Positions 13,504-24,700 of a DNA stretch of 64,000 bases are shown piece after piece; position 1 is the stretch's first letter; each line of letters begins with the position of its first letter. The stretch covers positions 7,957,352-8,021,351 of the forward strand of contig MU053934.1 of the NCBI GenBank assembly GCA_013239625.1. Direction: 5' to 3'. This DNA comes from Lama guanicoe. Its lineage: Eukaryota. The notes under the pieces were generated by a model. The model saw nothing but the letters and a program-made list of their open reading frames with translations. It was not told the DNA's origin and ran no database searches. A program made the translations under genes and the position numbers.

Positions 13504-14289
13504 TCCCATCCAAAGAATGCTGGACTCCAGGCAGGTTGGTTAATAAATCTGTGTCACTCCCCTGCCCAGATCCTTGAGGGCTTGCCACTGCAACAAAAAG
13601 CCAGACCTAGACTCCTTGCTGGGCCCTCCCAGGCCCTTGGGCGCCCAATCCCGCCCCTCTCTTGGCAACTCCCTCCACCATACCTGCTCTACCTTCTAGC
13701 CTCTGGCAAGTTTACCTGGTCCTAAACTTGTCAACCTTGTGGATCCAGGTCAACTGTGTCTCCTTCTGGCTGGCTCCCTCCCCCCTCCCATTTTCACTAG
13801 GCTCATCCCTCTAGCTCCGTGTGTTGTTGGGGAACTGACGTCCCCAGAAGCCTTCCCACCACACGCACTCCCTTTGTTTCTCTTTGGAATGTCACTTGAC
13901 TCCCCCTGATGTTGTGTCATTTATTGATTGATTGGTTGATTGATTTTTTTGGTTCTTTTATTATTAGTTTTTATTGAAACATATTTGACATACAACATTA
14001 CATAAGTTTCAGGTATATGCATGTCAGTTTGATACATTTATATATTGCAAATAATTGCCATTGTAGCCTTGGCTAGAATCTCTACCTCATCACATTATTA
14101 TCATTTCTTTTATTCCCAATAACCAAGATATAGAAACAATCTGGATGAATGGACAGAGAAGATGATCATCGATTATTGCTGGCAATTCCCTTGTTTTGGA
14201 AGAGTTGCCTATACTTTATCTTTGTTGTTGTTTTTTATTTATTGTAAGCATAGTTCCCATTCATCTTCCCTGACTAGAGAACGAATACT

Positions 14290-15230
14290 CGAATGGACAG
14301 CAGCCAAACCACATATAAACATAAAATTCTGCAGCAAGCAGCCCAGGAAACCAACCCATCACCTAACGAGTAGCCAGCTCGTTAAGTCAGATTTGCAGGA
14401 AGTCAGACCACTATCTCTAGCAACTAGTCCTGGAAGCCAAACAATAACCCTGTAACCAAAATCCTCAAATGACCAGGACCGGATCAGTCCCTGACAGCTT
14501 CCCTCCTTTTTGTCCCTGCCTCCCACTTCGTACCAAAGAAAGCCAAATGTGCTCCCTAACCAATCACAGTGGACATCCTGGGTAGCCCACCTCCAGCTTC
14601 CCCAGACCGACAGCCTCTGAGCAGCGCATCCTGTCATAGGACAAACTGTTCAGGACACCAGTTAAAATGGGAAGACTGATTTTTTTCAGGGCCATCTCAA
14701 CAGGTCTGGGGACCACTGCAAGGGGCTTTTACAGTGGGGAGAGAGCTTGGGCTCAACTCGGAACACGACAAGGAAAAGTGGGGATTTACAGCCAAGTTTC
14801 TGTAAATGGTGGTGGGCTGGGGAGGGGGATGGAAATTACTAAGAGGGTAGGGCGATTCTTGCTAAGCTTTCCTAATAGGATGCTTACTGAAGGCAGACCA
14901 GGGTGATCAGACATCACTTGAGGGGTGGGGGGAGATGAGGACATTCGATCAGACGTTGAGGGCCGGGGGCTTTTGCTAAGCTGCCCTGGAGGATTCTTAC
15001 TCCTGGTGACAAAGCCCAAGGACAGGTCTTGGGAAAGGAGCTGAGAGGAGGCTGACTAGCATTTGGTGGAGGAGAGTCTCTGTCAGCACCTGAAGCCTTT
15101 CCCTTCCACCCCCTCTTTGCCTGCCTTGGAGTCTCTGCCAAGTGAACGGGATGGCGCCGACGCCCTGCTGCAGCCAGCGCCGCGTAAACAGCCTTTGCTG
15201 CTTCTCAGGTGGCTGTTTCCCCTGGTTTCC
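14290..15230. mobile_element. MER34-like ERV1 LTR interrupted by a MER31-like LTR (minus strand, 14632-15085)
   Basis: MER34-like motifs (ggaagccaaacaataaccc, ccaatcaca, gagtctctgccaa...aaacagcctttgc) lie on both sides of a TG...CA bounded element whose reverse strand begins tgacagagactctctcc. Confidence 0.65.
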
Positions 15231-16309
15231 GCAGCTGTGTCCCCAGCACCAATGCAGTGCGGTACCAAGAACCAAGGAAGTGGTCGGTGAAGACTATGAA
15301 CTTCCTGACAGAGTCCAGGAAGCCTTCCAAAATGCTCACCCGGCTCAGCCCGCCGCGCAGCGGGCTCCCCCGACACAGCATTGACCGCACCATCCCATGG
15401 GGCCCTCCCGTTTGTGGCAGGCTCCTGTCCCTTCCCCTAGGCTGCGAGCCACTTGTCTGGTCGAGATGCTTGGCGCCTGCTGTTTGTGCTCCACTTACCT
15501 CCCCGTGGCCCTCCCTGCCCACGGTCAGCTTCCTACTTCGATCTCCTGCCACTTTATGCCCGACCTGCTCCTGGCAGACCTCAGTGCTGAGATGGCTGCT
15601 CCTGGGGCCTCAGGGGCAGACGAGAGCTGGAGGACAAACACCGGAGTTCCCCCTCCCCTTCCAACCACAATGTGCGGTTTGTCCTCAAGTACCCCAGAGG
15701 ACTGAGCCCCATCTGCCCACAGGAGTCACCCTCCCACTGAGAAGCCTCTCCCTTTGAACGTCTCCACTCCCCTCCTAATGCCTCCTGGGACCAGCCTGCA
15801 CTCAAACCCTGGTCTCTGGGTCACTTCTGGAGGGATCCATCTAAGACATCTCCTAAGTCACTAAAGAATAGTTGAAATGAATTTGTAGATCAGATGTGGG
15901 TCTATGAGTTAAGAAAACGTGTAGGTGGTTAAATCTGAAGAAGCATCCAGATGTCACCAGGCACGAATAAAGGGTATCACTTTAGCATCCATTCACTCAG
16001 TCATTCATTCAATAAACACCATTAAGGGCCCACTGCGGGGCATGATGCTTGGGCAAAAGAGTTCGCCATCTGGCAGGCTGGACGATGCTGGTCACTAGTG
16101 ATGCAACCTCTGGCCCGTAGCAGTGAATATCCGTCTGACCTCTTCATGGCTCGGTGAATAAGCCCTCAGTGTTATCCGAGACCTTCAGTGCTGACTCCAC
16201 ACTCTCCCAGCAACTGCCAGCGAGAGCAAGTCTGTTCCCCAGGAGCCAGCACACTTATAGGCAGTGGATGCATGACAGAGACATAGACTGAAATAGACTG
16301 AAAGTGAAG

Positions 16310-16770
16310 AGAAATGTCTTTTCCTTTTGCGAGTTTACATTCTTAACCGGGACTCCTGTAACAAAAGACAGATTTGCAAGAGAAGCCTAGAAGGTAATTT
16401 AAGTTTTATATGACAGGAGAGCCTTTGTGAGAAAATGAAGACCCGGAGAAATGGTTCAACCTGAGTTTTTATTGGATTTGATGAAGAAAGGACAGTCACA
16501 GGAAGATATGATGGAACAGACAGTTTGAGGTAAGTGCAGTGAACTGGGGGAACTTAATGACGTCTCTGCGTCCCTGCATCTTTGGAAAGAAGGATGCTCC
16601 TTTCCTTGGGCATACAGAGGGCACCTCTCAACTGAGGGTCTTATGACCTGCTTTGGGAGAAGGTTAGAAAGTCCTTCCTGTACCTGCCTTTTCTAAAATC
16701 CTTCAGCTTAAAATATTCAATATGCCAAGGTGCCATATTCTGGGATAATGTGTCCTGAACCCTATCAATA
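16310..16770. mobile_element. ERV1-type solo LTR remnant
   Basis: Recalled LTR motifs (acaaaagacagatt, cagcttaaaatattcaatatgccaaggtgccatatt...tgtcctgaaccc). Confidence 0.55.
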
Positions 16771-17150
16771 CACATGATGGACAATTATTCAGCCTTAAAA
16801 AGGAAATGGTGATACCAGCTACAACATGGATGCACCTGGAGGACACCATGCTCAGTGAAATCAGCCCCACACAGAAGGACAAATACTGTGTGACTGCACT
16901 TCTCTGAGGTCCCCAGAGTAGTCAGATCCCTGGAGACAGGAGGTAGGATGGTGGTTGCTAGGGAATGAAAGAGGGACTAGGGAGTCAATGTTTAACCGGG
17001 ACAGAGTTCTGTTCTTTGAGATGGAAAAAATTCTGGAATGGATAGCAGTGATGATTGGACAACAGTGTGAATGTTCTTAATGCCACTGAACTGTACACTT
17101 AAAATGGTTAAAATGGTAAATTTTAGGATCTGTATATGTAACCACAACTA
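16771..17150 (+). mobile_element. Old L1M 3' end fragment
   Basis: tattcagccttaaaaagga...acaacatggatg...aaggacaaatactg...aatgccactgaactgtacacttaaaatggttaaaatggtaaatttt. Confidence 0.8.
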
Positions 17151-17539
17151 GGCGGTGAAGGGGAAGTGATTTACAGTCAGAGCTGGGGAGCTGAGCTAAG
17201 GGCTGGGCTGAGGGGTGAAGTCAGGCAGACACTGGGCTGGTCAGGGTGGTCAGCAAATGTCAGGCCAGGTGTATAGGGGCAGAAGGACCTCTGCAGGCGG
17301 GGCAGTGATAATAATTGAGGCATCTGGCCAGTTGACCGAGAAGCCAAAGACTCCCACAGGCTCAGTCCTCAGGTACTGGGATTTGGTATCTGGGTGTAGC
17401 TGGGTGAAGGAGGCCCGCCCCCGCCTTCGCTCCACCTCGCACTGCAGGGAGGAGGTGATTGCAATGCTGCCCCAGTGCGTCCTAGTCTGTGCTAAGTCAG
17501 CACAGCTAAAGCAGCCGGCTGTCTGCATTTCCAGTCCCA

Positions 17540-18160
17540 CGGGGGAAGCAAACCCCAGAGTTCCCAGTCCCTACCCAGCAGTTATGTTCCAGAAGGTCAC
17601 TGCTTCATTAGTGGGTTTTGAACCACTGATCCTAGGGGAAAGACAAGACTGGGTCCTCACGAGCCTCTGTTCACAACATTCTCGTCAGCCGATCAATACA
17701 CAACCTTGTGTGATGTGTGCTTCTGTTTGAAGACACTTTGTTTAATGTCTATGATTCATTAACATTGAACTCACAGCCACCAGCACTGTTACTCATGTCT
17801 GAGCCAAGCTCATCTCACACTTGTATTTTTCCTTAAGGCTGGGTACAGCCTTCTTAAGAATGGCAGCGTCAGATGGCCCTCGACATTACGCTTGGGGACC
17901 ATCTGAAATAGCAAAATCACCAACAAAAAGCACCAAAATGGGAAAGAAAGAAACAGACAAACCACAAGAAGGATCCTTGTTTATTGCAGGAGCTGAAACA
18001 AGACGGCAGAGCTGGGGGCGGGTGTATGGGGCAACTCAGAATTGCCTGGCTGCTCTGCAGATGTCCGTGACTGACAGAGGAGGAGCTGCGGGTATTAAGG
18101 AATTACAAACACGCTTTGGCAAGCAGGAAAATTCCCAGATACGGAACCTGTAAACAAGGA
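17540..18160. mobile_element. MER82-like TcMar-Tigger DNA transposon remnant
   Basis: ttcattaacattgaactcacagccaccagcact...aaatcaccaacaaaaagcac matches the recalled MER82 consensus. Confidence 0.65.
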
Positions 18161-18759
18161 CGGACTGCCTGAAGGTTTGTTTCTATTCTGAGCTGATCTC
18201 CCATTCTCTGCATCTTCTCATTGGTCTCTTGGCCAGTGGTTTGGCCACTTCCCATCCAAGAAGATGAACAATCCCAGGACTGTCCTATTGAAGACTTCTG
18301 GACCAGGTAGACCTACTCCTGCCATTTGCCTGACCCAGGATAAGAATCTTGGGATTGATCAACTGTCCCAGTTTGTCTGGGACAGAAAGTTTTCCCAAGA
18401 TGTAGGTCTTTCAGTACCCAAATCAGGAAAGTCCCAGGCAAACTGAGATGAATTGGACACACTCTATACATGTGAAAATGATTTACAAGCTTTAAATCCA
18501 AATTACTGAATATGGCAGACAGTTAAAATCTTATGAAATATTTTTATGGAGATAAAACAACCTGTAGTTCCTGCCCCATACCTACCTAGTTGCCAGAGTA
18601 AAGAAGTGTCAGTTTTCTGGCGTTAAGGCCAGATCTGTGAATACAGGAGCTTAATAGCAATACGAATTGTTTAATACTGCACAATGTATGTACAGCTATT
18701 GCCAATCCTCCCCACGTTGTATCACGAGTGCCACGAATTAGAACATGAAAGGTAGCAAG

Positions 18760-19155
18760 AAAATGGATGCTTCTTATTTCTGGGTAACACCCTGTGTGTC
18801 ATGCAACCTTAATTACCCCCAGGCTATCGGACAGAGATTTGACTAGTTAATTCCTAAGTGCTTCGGTGGCCAGTAAAGTTTTTCTGAGTACTGTGAGCTG
18901 TTCTAGCAAATCATAAGAGAGAAACTGCGGAAACCCTCGACGTTGTAGCCAAGTGGGCACCTAGGGACCCAATTTCCCACTGGGGGCCGAAGTGGGGTCA
19001 GTCCTGTGGGACGGAGCCCTTCACCTGCGGGCTCTATGCTGACTCTGGGTAGCAAGTGTCAGAACTGAACTGAATGTTGGACACCAGTCGGTGGTAGAAG
19101 GAAGCTGTAGAAGTGGTGTTGGAAACATGGACAAAATTGGTGTCAGAAACGTGGT
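18760..19155 (+). mobile_element. MER21-like LTR remnant
   Basis: ctgagtactgtgagctgttctagcaaatc; gtgtcagaactgaactgaa; aattggtgtcagaa. Confidence 0.6.
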
Positions 19156-20739
19156 GGGTAAATACTACTTTCCCTCATGTGGTGGTTTTCTCCCTGATGG
19201 ACCAGATAAGGAAACTGAGCTAAGAGGTGAACGATGCCTGCCAGGCCTAACTCTGCTAATGAGCGGAGAAGCCTGCATTTGGGTCTGGCCATCTTATGTC
19301 AGAGCTCACAGTCCCAGCCACAGCCTGTGCCACTGGAACACTGGGCAAGGGGCTGGGAGAGCCAGACCAGGGGATCCCTGCCCAGTCCTTCCTTCTCTTC
19401 ATCTGGGAACAGAGGGAGAGTCCACCTGCTATCAACATGCAGCCACGAAGAGGGGGTGACTCCTCAGTCCGAATCTTCTCCCGCCCACATCTGGGTCACG
19501 CCAGGGTGGACAGATGTCCTGGGCAGCTGGCCATGAATGTGTTTGTGGACTGGAAGAGAATACAAATGCCAGAGGCTGATGGAAGGGTGACTCATCTGGG
19601 GCCTGCGAGCACAGCCTTCCTATCATTTGTCCTAGGGGTAGTCATGGAACCCAGGAGGGCTGGCAGGTGCAGGAGGAAGGTTCCAGGTAAGGAGCAAGAG
19701 GCTAGGGATTGTGGCCCCTGCTGACGCTGTCAGCAGCCTCAGTTTTCTGACCGTCTCACTGCTGTCTCAGCTCTGAGTAAGTTGGGTGCGGAGAGTAGTC
19801 AGCCAGGACAGGCCTGTGAGTGCTGCCCCCCACCCCCACGCCAGCAAAGCCAAGGTGGTTGGGGACAGAGAGAGGAACCAGCCTTTCCTCACTCTGGGCC
19901 TCAGTCTATTAAGTGTCTGTGTGATGCTGAACCAGGTGGTCACCAGGGCCTGCAGCTCCCACGCCCTGGCATTCTGTGGTCCATAGGTGGGAGACAGGAT
20001 GACCCACTCTGAGGATCTGAAGTCCCAGAGGCAGCCCTGCCTCAGCCTCCGCCCTGCTTCTGGCTCCCCACGCCCCCAGGCACAGGCCCAGCCCCAGTGA
20101 GGGACACCTCAGACCTGTGTGTGTGTCGGGGGCGGCAGGGTCGTGCATAAATGTGTCCAGTTGCTTCATAGGTGACACTTTGAGTTCTGACAGCAACTCT
20201 ACCGGTCATTTTACAGATGAGGACACTGATGCCCAGAGAGTGGGAGGCCTGGCCCCAAAATTCGCACTCTGCATTCCACGTGGGCCTTGGTGGAGAAGGG
20301 AGGGGGCTTCTCTGTCTATGAAACAGGGGGCATGATGGCAAAGTAACATGGGTTGTTGACTGTGCAATGTTGGGCAAATGCCTAACCTCCCTGCGTGCGT
20401 TGCCGTGGAAAAACTCCAGGCAGGACACAGAGGTCAAGGGAATCCTAGGCACTCCACAAGGGCTCCAGGAATCGTCTAGGCCTGAGCCTCCGGGACCCCC
20501 ACCCTCCTGCATGGCCCACCCCACCCTCCAGCACCCAGCGCGTGTTATCGCAAATTTTACTTAGAAGTGAAACTTCGAAATGGAAACTTCGGATCAGTAT
20601 CATTAACTGAAAAATCTCCACTTGCCATGAATTGAAGACATCACGCGAAAACCTGCGGGAAATCAAAGCAAAGACATTAACTTCTATTTAGATGCCCAAA
20701 TCGGCAACTCTTACTTTCTCCCTGATTTACGGGGTGAAA

Positions 20740-21700
20740 AGGAACAGGAAGAGGGCTGCTCCGCTCCGGGACACCCACTACCGTCATTTGAACTACCGAA
20801 AACTCTCTGAAAACCTCTCTCTACCGTCCGCCGAGCGCAGGCCCACCCCTCCCCTGCGCCCGGGCCCAGCCCTCCGCCGTCGGGGAGGGCGGGGTGGGCA
20901 AGGCACCCATTGGGCCGCCTGGTCCGAGGTGGGCGGGGCCGGCGGGGCTGACGTTGCGCCGGGAATTCCTGCGAGGCACTTGGAGGCCCGGCTGAGAGCG
21001 CTAGCGGGCGCGAGGCGGAGCCGCTGCGCCCTGGGACCCGGGACCCCCGACCCGCCGCCGCGATGTACGACCTCGAGCGCGACTGGAGCCTGTCCTTCTC
21101 CGGCTGCGGGTTCCTAGGCTTCTACCACGTCGGGGTGACCCACTGCCTGAGCGAGCGCGTCCCGCACCTGATCCGCAACGCGCCCAAGTTTTTCGGTTCC
21201 TCGGCCGGGGCGCTGCACTGCGCCGCCTTCCTCTCCGGGATCCCAGTGGGTACGTCCGGGCCGCCGGGATGGGGCGCGCGGTGGAGCCGGGATTGGACAC
21301 AGGCTGCGGGTACACCTGCTGTTTCCCCAGGAGACGGTTGCCTCCTCCAGTGTATCCTTTCGCCTCGCTCCGGGCATCTCCGTTGCCGTGCGTGGCAGCG
21401 AGGCTCGCCGGGTGGACCGCTCTTCTGAGCGTGGGAACCCCGAGAGGATCCCCTCCCCAACCTCCTTTTGGAGCCCGGGCTTGAAGGAAGCCCTCCAACC
21501 CGGGACTGAGCTCCAGGTCGTCTCGGGGCGACTGGGACGAGGGAGCGCGACGCGGGGGTCGGAGGGAAGCAGATTTACTCTGGGTCCGACCAGCAGGGGG
21601 CTTTATCCAGTGTCCCAGGGTGGGTGCCGCTTCCCGCTGGGGACTACAGGGACTGGAGACATCCCGCCCTGGGCGCTTTTGATCTCCGCCCAGCCCTCCG
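20740..21700 (+). promoter_or_regulatory. PNPLA3 CpG island and promoter (GC boxes at ~20887 and ~20931, inverted CCAAT at 20909-20913, TGACGT at 20949-20954)
   Basis: High CpG density around exon 1; motifs read directly from the sequence; boundaries approximate. Confidence 0.8.
21063..21249 (+). CDS. PNPLA3: PNPLA3 coding exon 1
   Basis: ATG in GC-rich context; MYDLERDWSLSFSGCGFLGFYHVG...GSSAGALHCAAFLSGIPV; donor gtacgt at 21250. Confidence 0.96.
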
Positions 21701-24700
21701 GGGGCTGAATGCCTCACAGGCAGAGGGCAGCTTGCAGGTTTGGAGTAGAAGGGGGTCCGGGACAGGTGGTTTGTGGTGGGAGGACCGGGGAGGAGAGGTA
21801 GAAAAGTTGTCTCCTCACCTCTTTTCCCGGTGTTTGAGACCCTTCCTAGGGGGCTGGAGGGGATCCCTGGGCATCCCCATCCCACCCTCTCTGCCACCAC
21901 AGCCCTGCTCAGTACAGTGGAAATGAAGTCCTGTGCATTTGAATCTCGTCCTAATGAAGCATCTCTCCGTGTGGGTGCCTGTGGGAGGGGGGACTGGGGC
22001 TGGTGGCCAGCTGGCCTAAGTTATTTAGCATCCTTGACCTGGGGTTCTGAGCCAGGAGGCAGGGCCTGGAGCAAGTGGGAGCATGGAGCTGTTGGCACCC
22101 AAAGGCCTTGGGACAGGAACATAATGCACCTTTATCATCAGCCTCTGTTTATCTGGGCTTCCTTAAAAGTTTACTCTTTGCTCTACCCAGGGAGTACTGT
22201 GTTGGACACTTCCAGCAGAAGTGACTTTGTTCCTGGTGGTCAGGAATCCCTTGCCAATCAGCACAGCCCTGCCATTGGATAGGATCAGTGAGCAGACCCT
22301 GGGCTGATCAAGAGGTGGAGATTAGGAGAGGCCACCCTGGCTGCCTTCCCCATTGAGGAAGGGAAGAGCAAAGGGCAGGAAATATGACCTTAGGGAGGAT
22401 CAGACTGGCCACATGGCCGTCCTACACACCTTGGGCTTTAGCAGCGGTAAAAGCCAAACCTTATGTCCCAGGGTTGTGACATCCACATGATCAGATGTTT
22501 AATTGGGACTGCATTCAAATGCACTGACCCCAGCACCTGATGTGCACTGACTCCAGTGTAGAGGGGTTGCTACCGGGCAGAGGACAGGTGCAGCCTGGAG
22601 CTGTGCCCTGTGGGGAGTGGCTCGGGACCACGAGTCTCTGCAAAGTGGGTCTGGAGGTTTTGGCAAGAGTGGCTCCCCAGGTTCTGGGAGCCCCAGGTTT
22701 CTGCTTTAACTGCCTGTCTCACTTGGGGACCACCAGGGAGCAGATCCCAGGGCCTGTGACCTGGACAGGACTCCTGAGAGCGCCTCTAAACCAGGCAGGA
22801 AAGAGTGGCAGAACCAGCCATCTGTGTGCAAAACATCGTCCCTTCTGCCTGGGCTCAGTGGGGCCATAAGTGCAGGGGTAGCTGAATGGAAGGCAGAGGT
22901 GGGTCAGGACCTGCTGATATGTGTCTGGCCTTCTGCATCCCAGGATTTATGAGTGACCAGGTCTCTGGCTGGGACAGGTACTCCTGCATGTCAGGGCAGT
23001 GCTGATGAGCCGGAGGGGGACCAGGCCAGTGAGTGGGGCTAGACGGAGCGTGAGAGTGCCCCGGGCCCACTGGACAGGCTGGTCGTTCTGGCATTAGTTA
23101 TTAGGTGCTGCCTTTGGGTTGAGCACCTGCCGATTGTAGTGTATCAAATACTCACGGCCTCCAAAAATAGGTAAGGAAACATCAAACATACAGTCTGTCT
23201 CACAGACAGCAAACAGACTCATGGTTATCGGAGGGTAAAGGGAGTGGGAAGGGATAAATCAGGAGTTCAAAATTTGCACCTCTGGGGGAGTGATGGAAAT
23301 GTTAGCTATCTTGATTGTGGCGGTGGTTTCATAGGCGTGTACATCTATCAGAATTCATCAAATTGTACATCTGAAATACGTGCAGTTTGCTGTCCAGAAA
23401 TTACACCCACAACCTTGTAAACTGACTATACCTCAATTAATAAAAAAAAAGAAATTACACCACAGTGAAGTTGTTTAAAGAAAAAACCCACACCGTCTGA
23501 GACTTAGAGAGGCAGTGAAGTGACTTATTTCAGTCACTCGGCTAATAAGAGGTGGAGGCAGGATTCACACTCACGCCCAAGTTGGCACTTGCTCTTTGCG
23601 GCATTAGGCCCGCTCGTGCTGACGCTGCGATGCTGTGAGCACCTGGCTTCGGGCCTTGATGGTGTGGAGGGGGCTCCCCTGGGCCTCTGGAGGCTTGTTC
23701 TTGTGGCCAGGGCCTAGAGCAGCGCTAACCAATAGAAATATGGGTAGTTTCTATTTCCTAGTAGCCACATGGAAAAAGGGAATGACCTAAATGAAATTAA
23801 TTTCACTTATCCCAATAGAGCCAAAGTATCATTTTCACATCTAGTCAATACAACACAGTATTATGAGATTTTTTACTTTTTTGTATGTATGCTAAGGCAT
23901 TGAGGTCAGTGTGTCTTTTACCCATCTCTGTTTGGACTAGCCACATCCCGGGCTCAGGAGCCGCCTGTGGAAGGTTGATAGCTTTCATGCCCTCAGGTTT
24001 CCGGTCTTGCACAGAGCATGCCCATCTCCAGGGTGGTCCATTCCTTTGGGTGTTTGTCTCCTCCTCCCCACACCCACCCAGACCAGACGCTGCAGGTACT
24101 CAGGGACCTCGTCCTGCACACCAGGAGCCGGAACATCAGCATCCTGCCCCCGTCCTTCAATCTGAGCAAGTGCATCCAAGACAGTCTGCACAGACACCTC
24201 CCGGACAACGTGCACCAGCTCCTCTCTGGCAGGCTGTTCATCTCGCTCACCAGAGTATCCGATGGAGAAAATGTGCTGGTGTCTGATTTTCAGTCTAAAG
24301 ACGAAGTCATAGATGTAAGCAGTTTGCTTATTTGGGTGTTGTCAAGTAAGAAAGCCGTTTCGTTGTGAAAGTGACACAGAGGGGGCAGTCTAGTTTCGGC
24401 CAGCTGCCTCATTCGTTTCTTAAGATACAAAAGAACCTGGTTGCCCACATTGCCGGTTTGCTTCCCGCACTAGGGTGACACAAACTCCATGTGCATCCAG
24501 TGGTGCAGTCCAGGGCATATGCCAACCCTGAGTGTTCCAGGACAGTTTCAGTTTTAAATCACACCTCCCCATCCTTCAATACTTGGCTTATGACCTCTTG
24601 ATCCAGGGACCTCTTCCCATGTGTGTCCCTCCTCCCAACGATGCCCGTTCTGTCATGAGGACCACTCCAGTGAAGCCCCCCGAGGGTAGCAGCATGTCTT

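Noticed and set aside
13318..13725. ORF with a PTKPTKPTK repeat
   Set aside because: It is simply the translation of the 9-bp minisatellite next to a transposon remnant. It is not a CRISPR array, as there are no spacers.
1..20700. PNPLA5, expected upstream on the minus strand by synteny
   Set aside because: I found no patatin-like exons on either strand here; the gene probably lies left of the window.
21001..21900. 299-aa minus-strand ORF antisense to PNPLA3 exon 1
   Set aside because: It lies in a CpG island where stops are scarce, is Arg/Pro/Gly-rich, and shows no recognisable homology.
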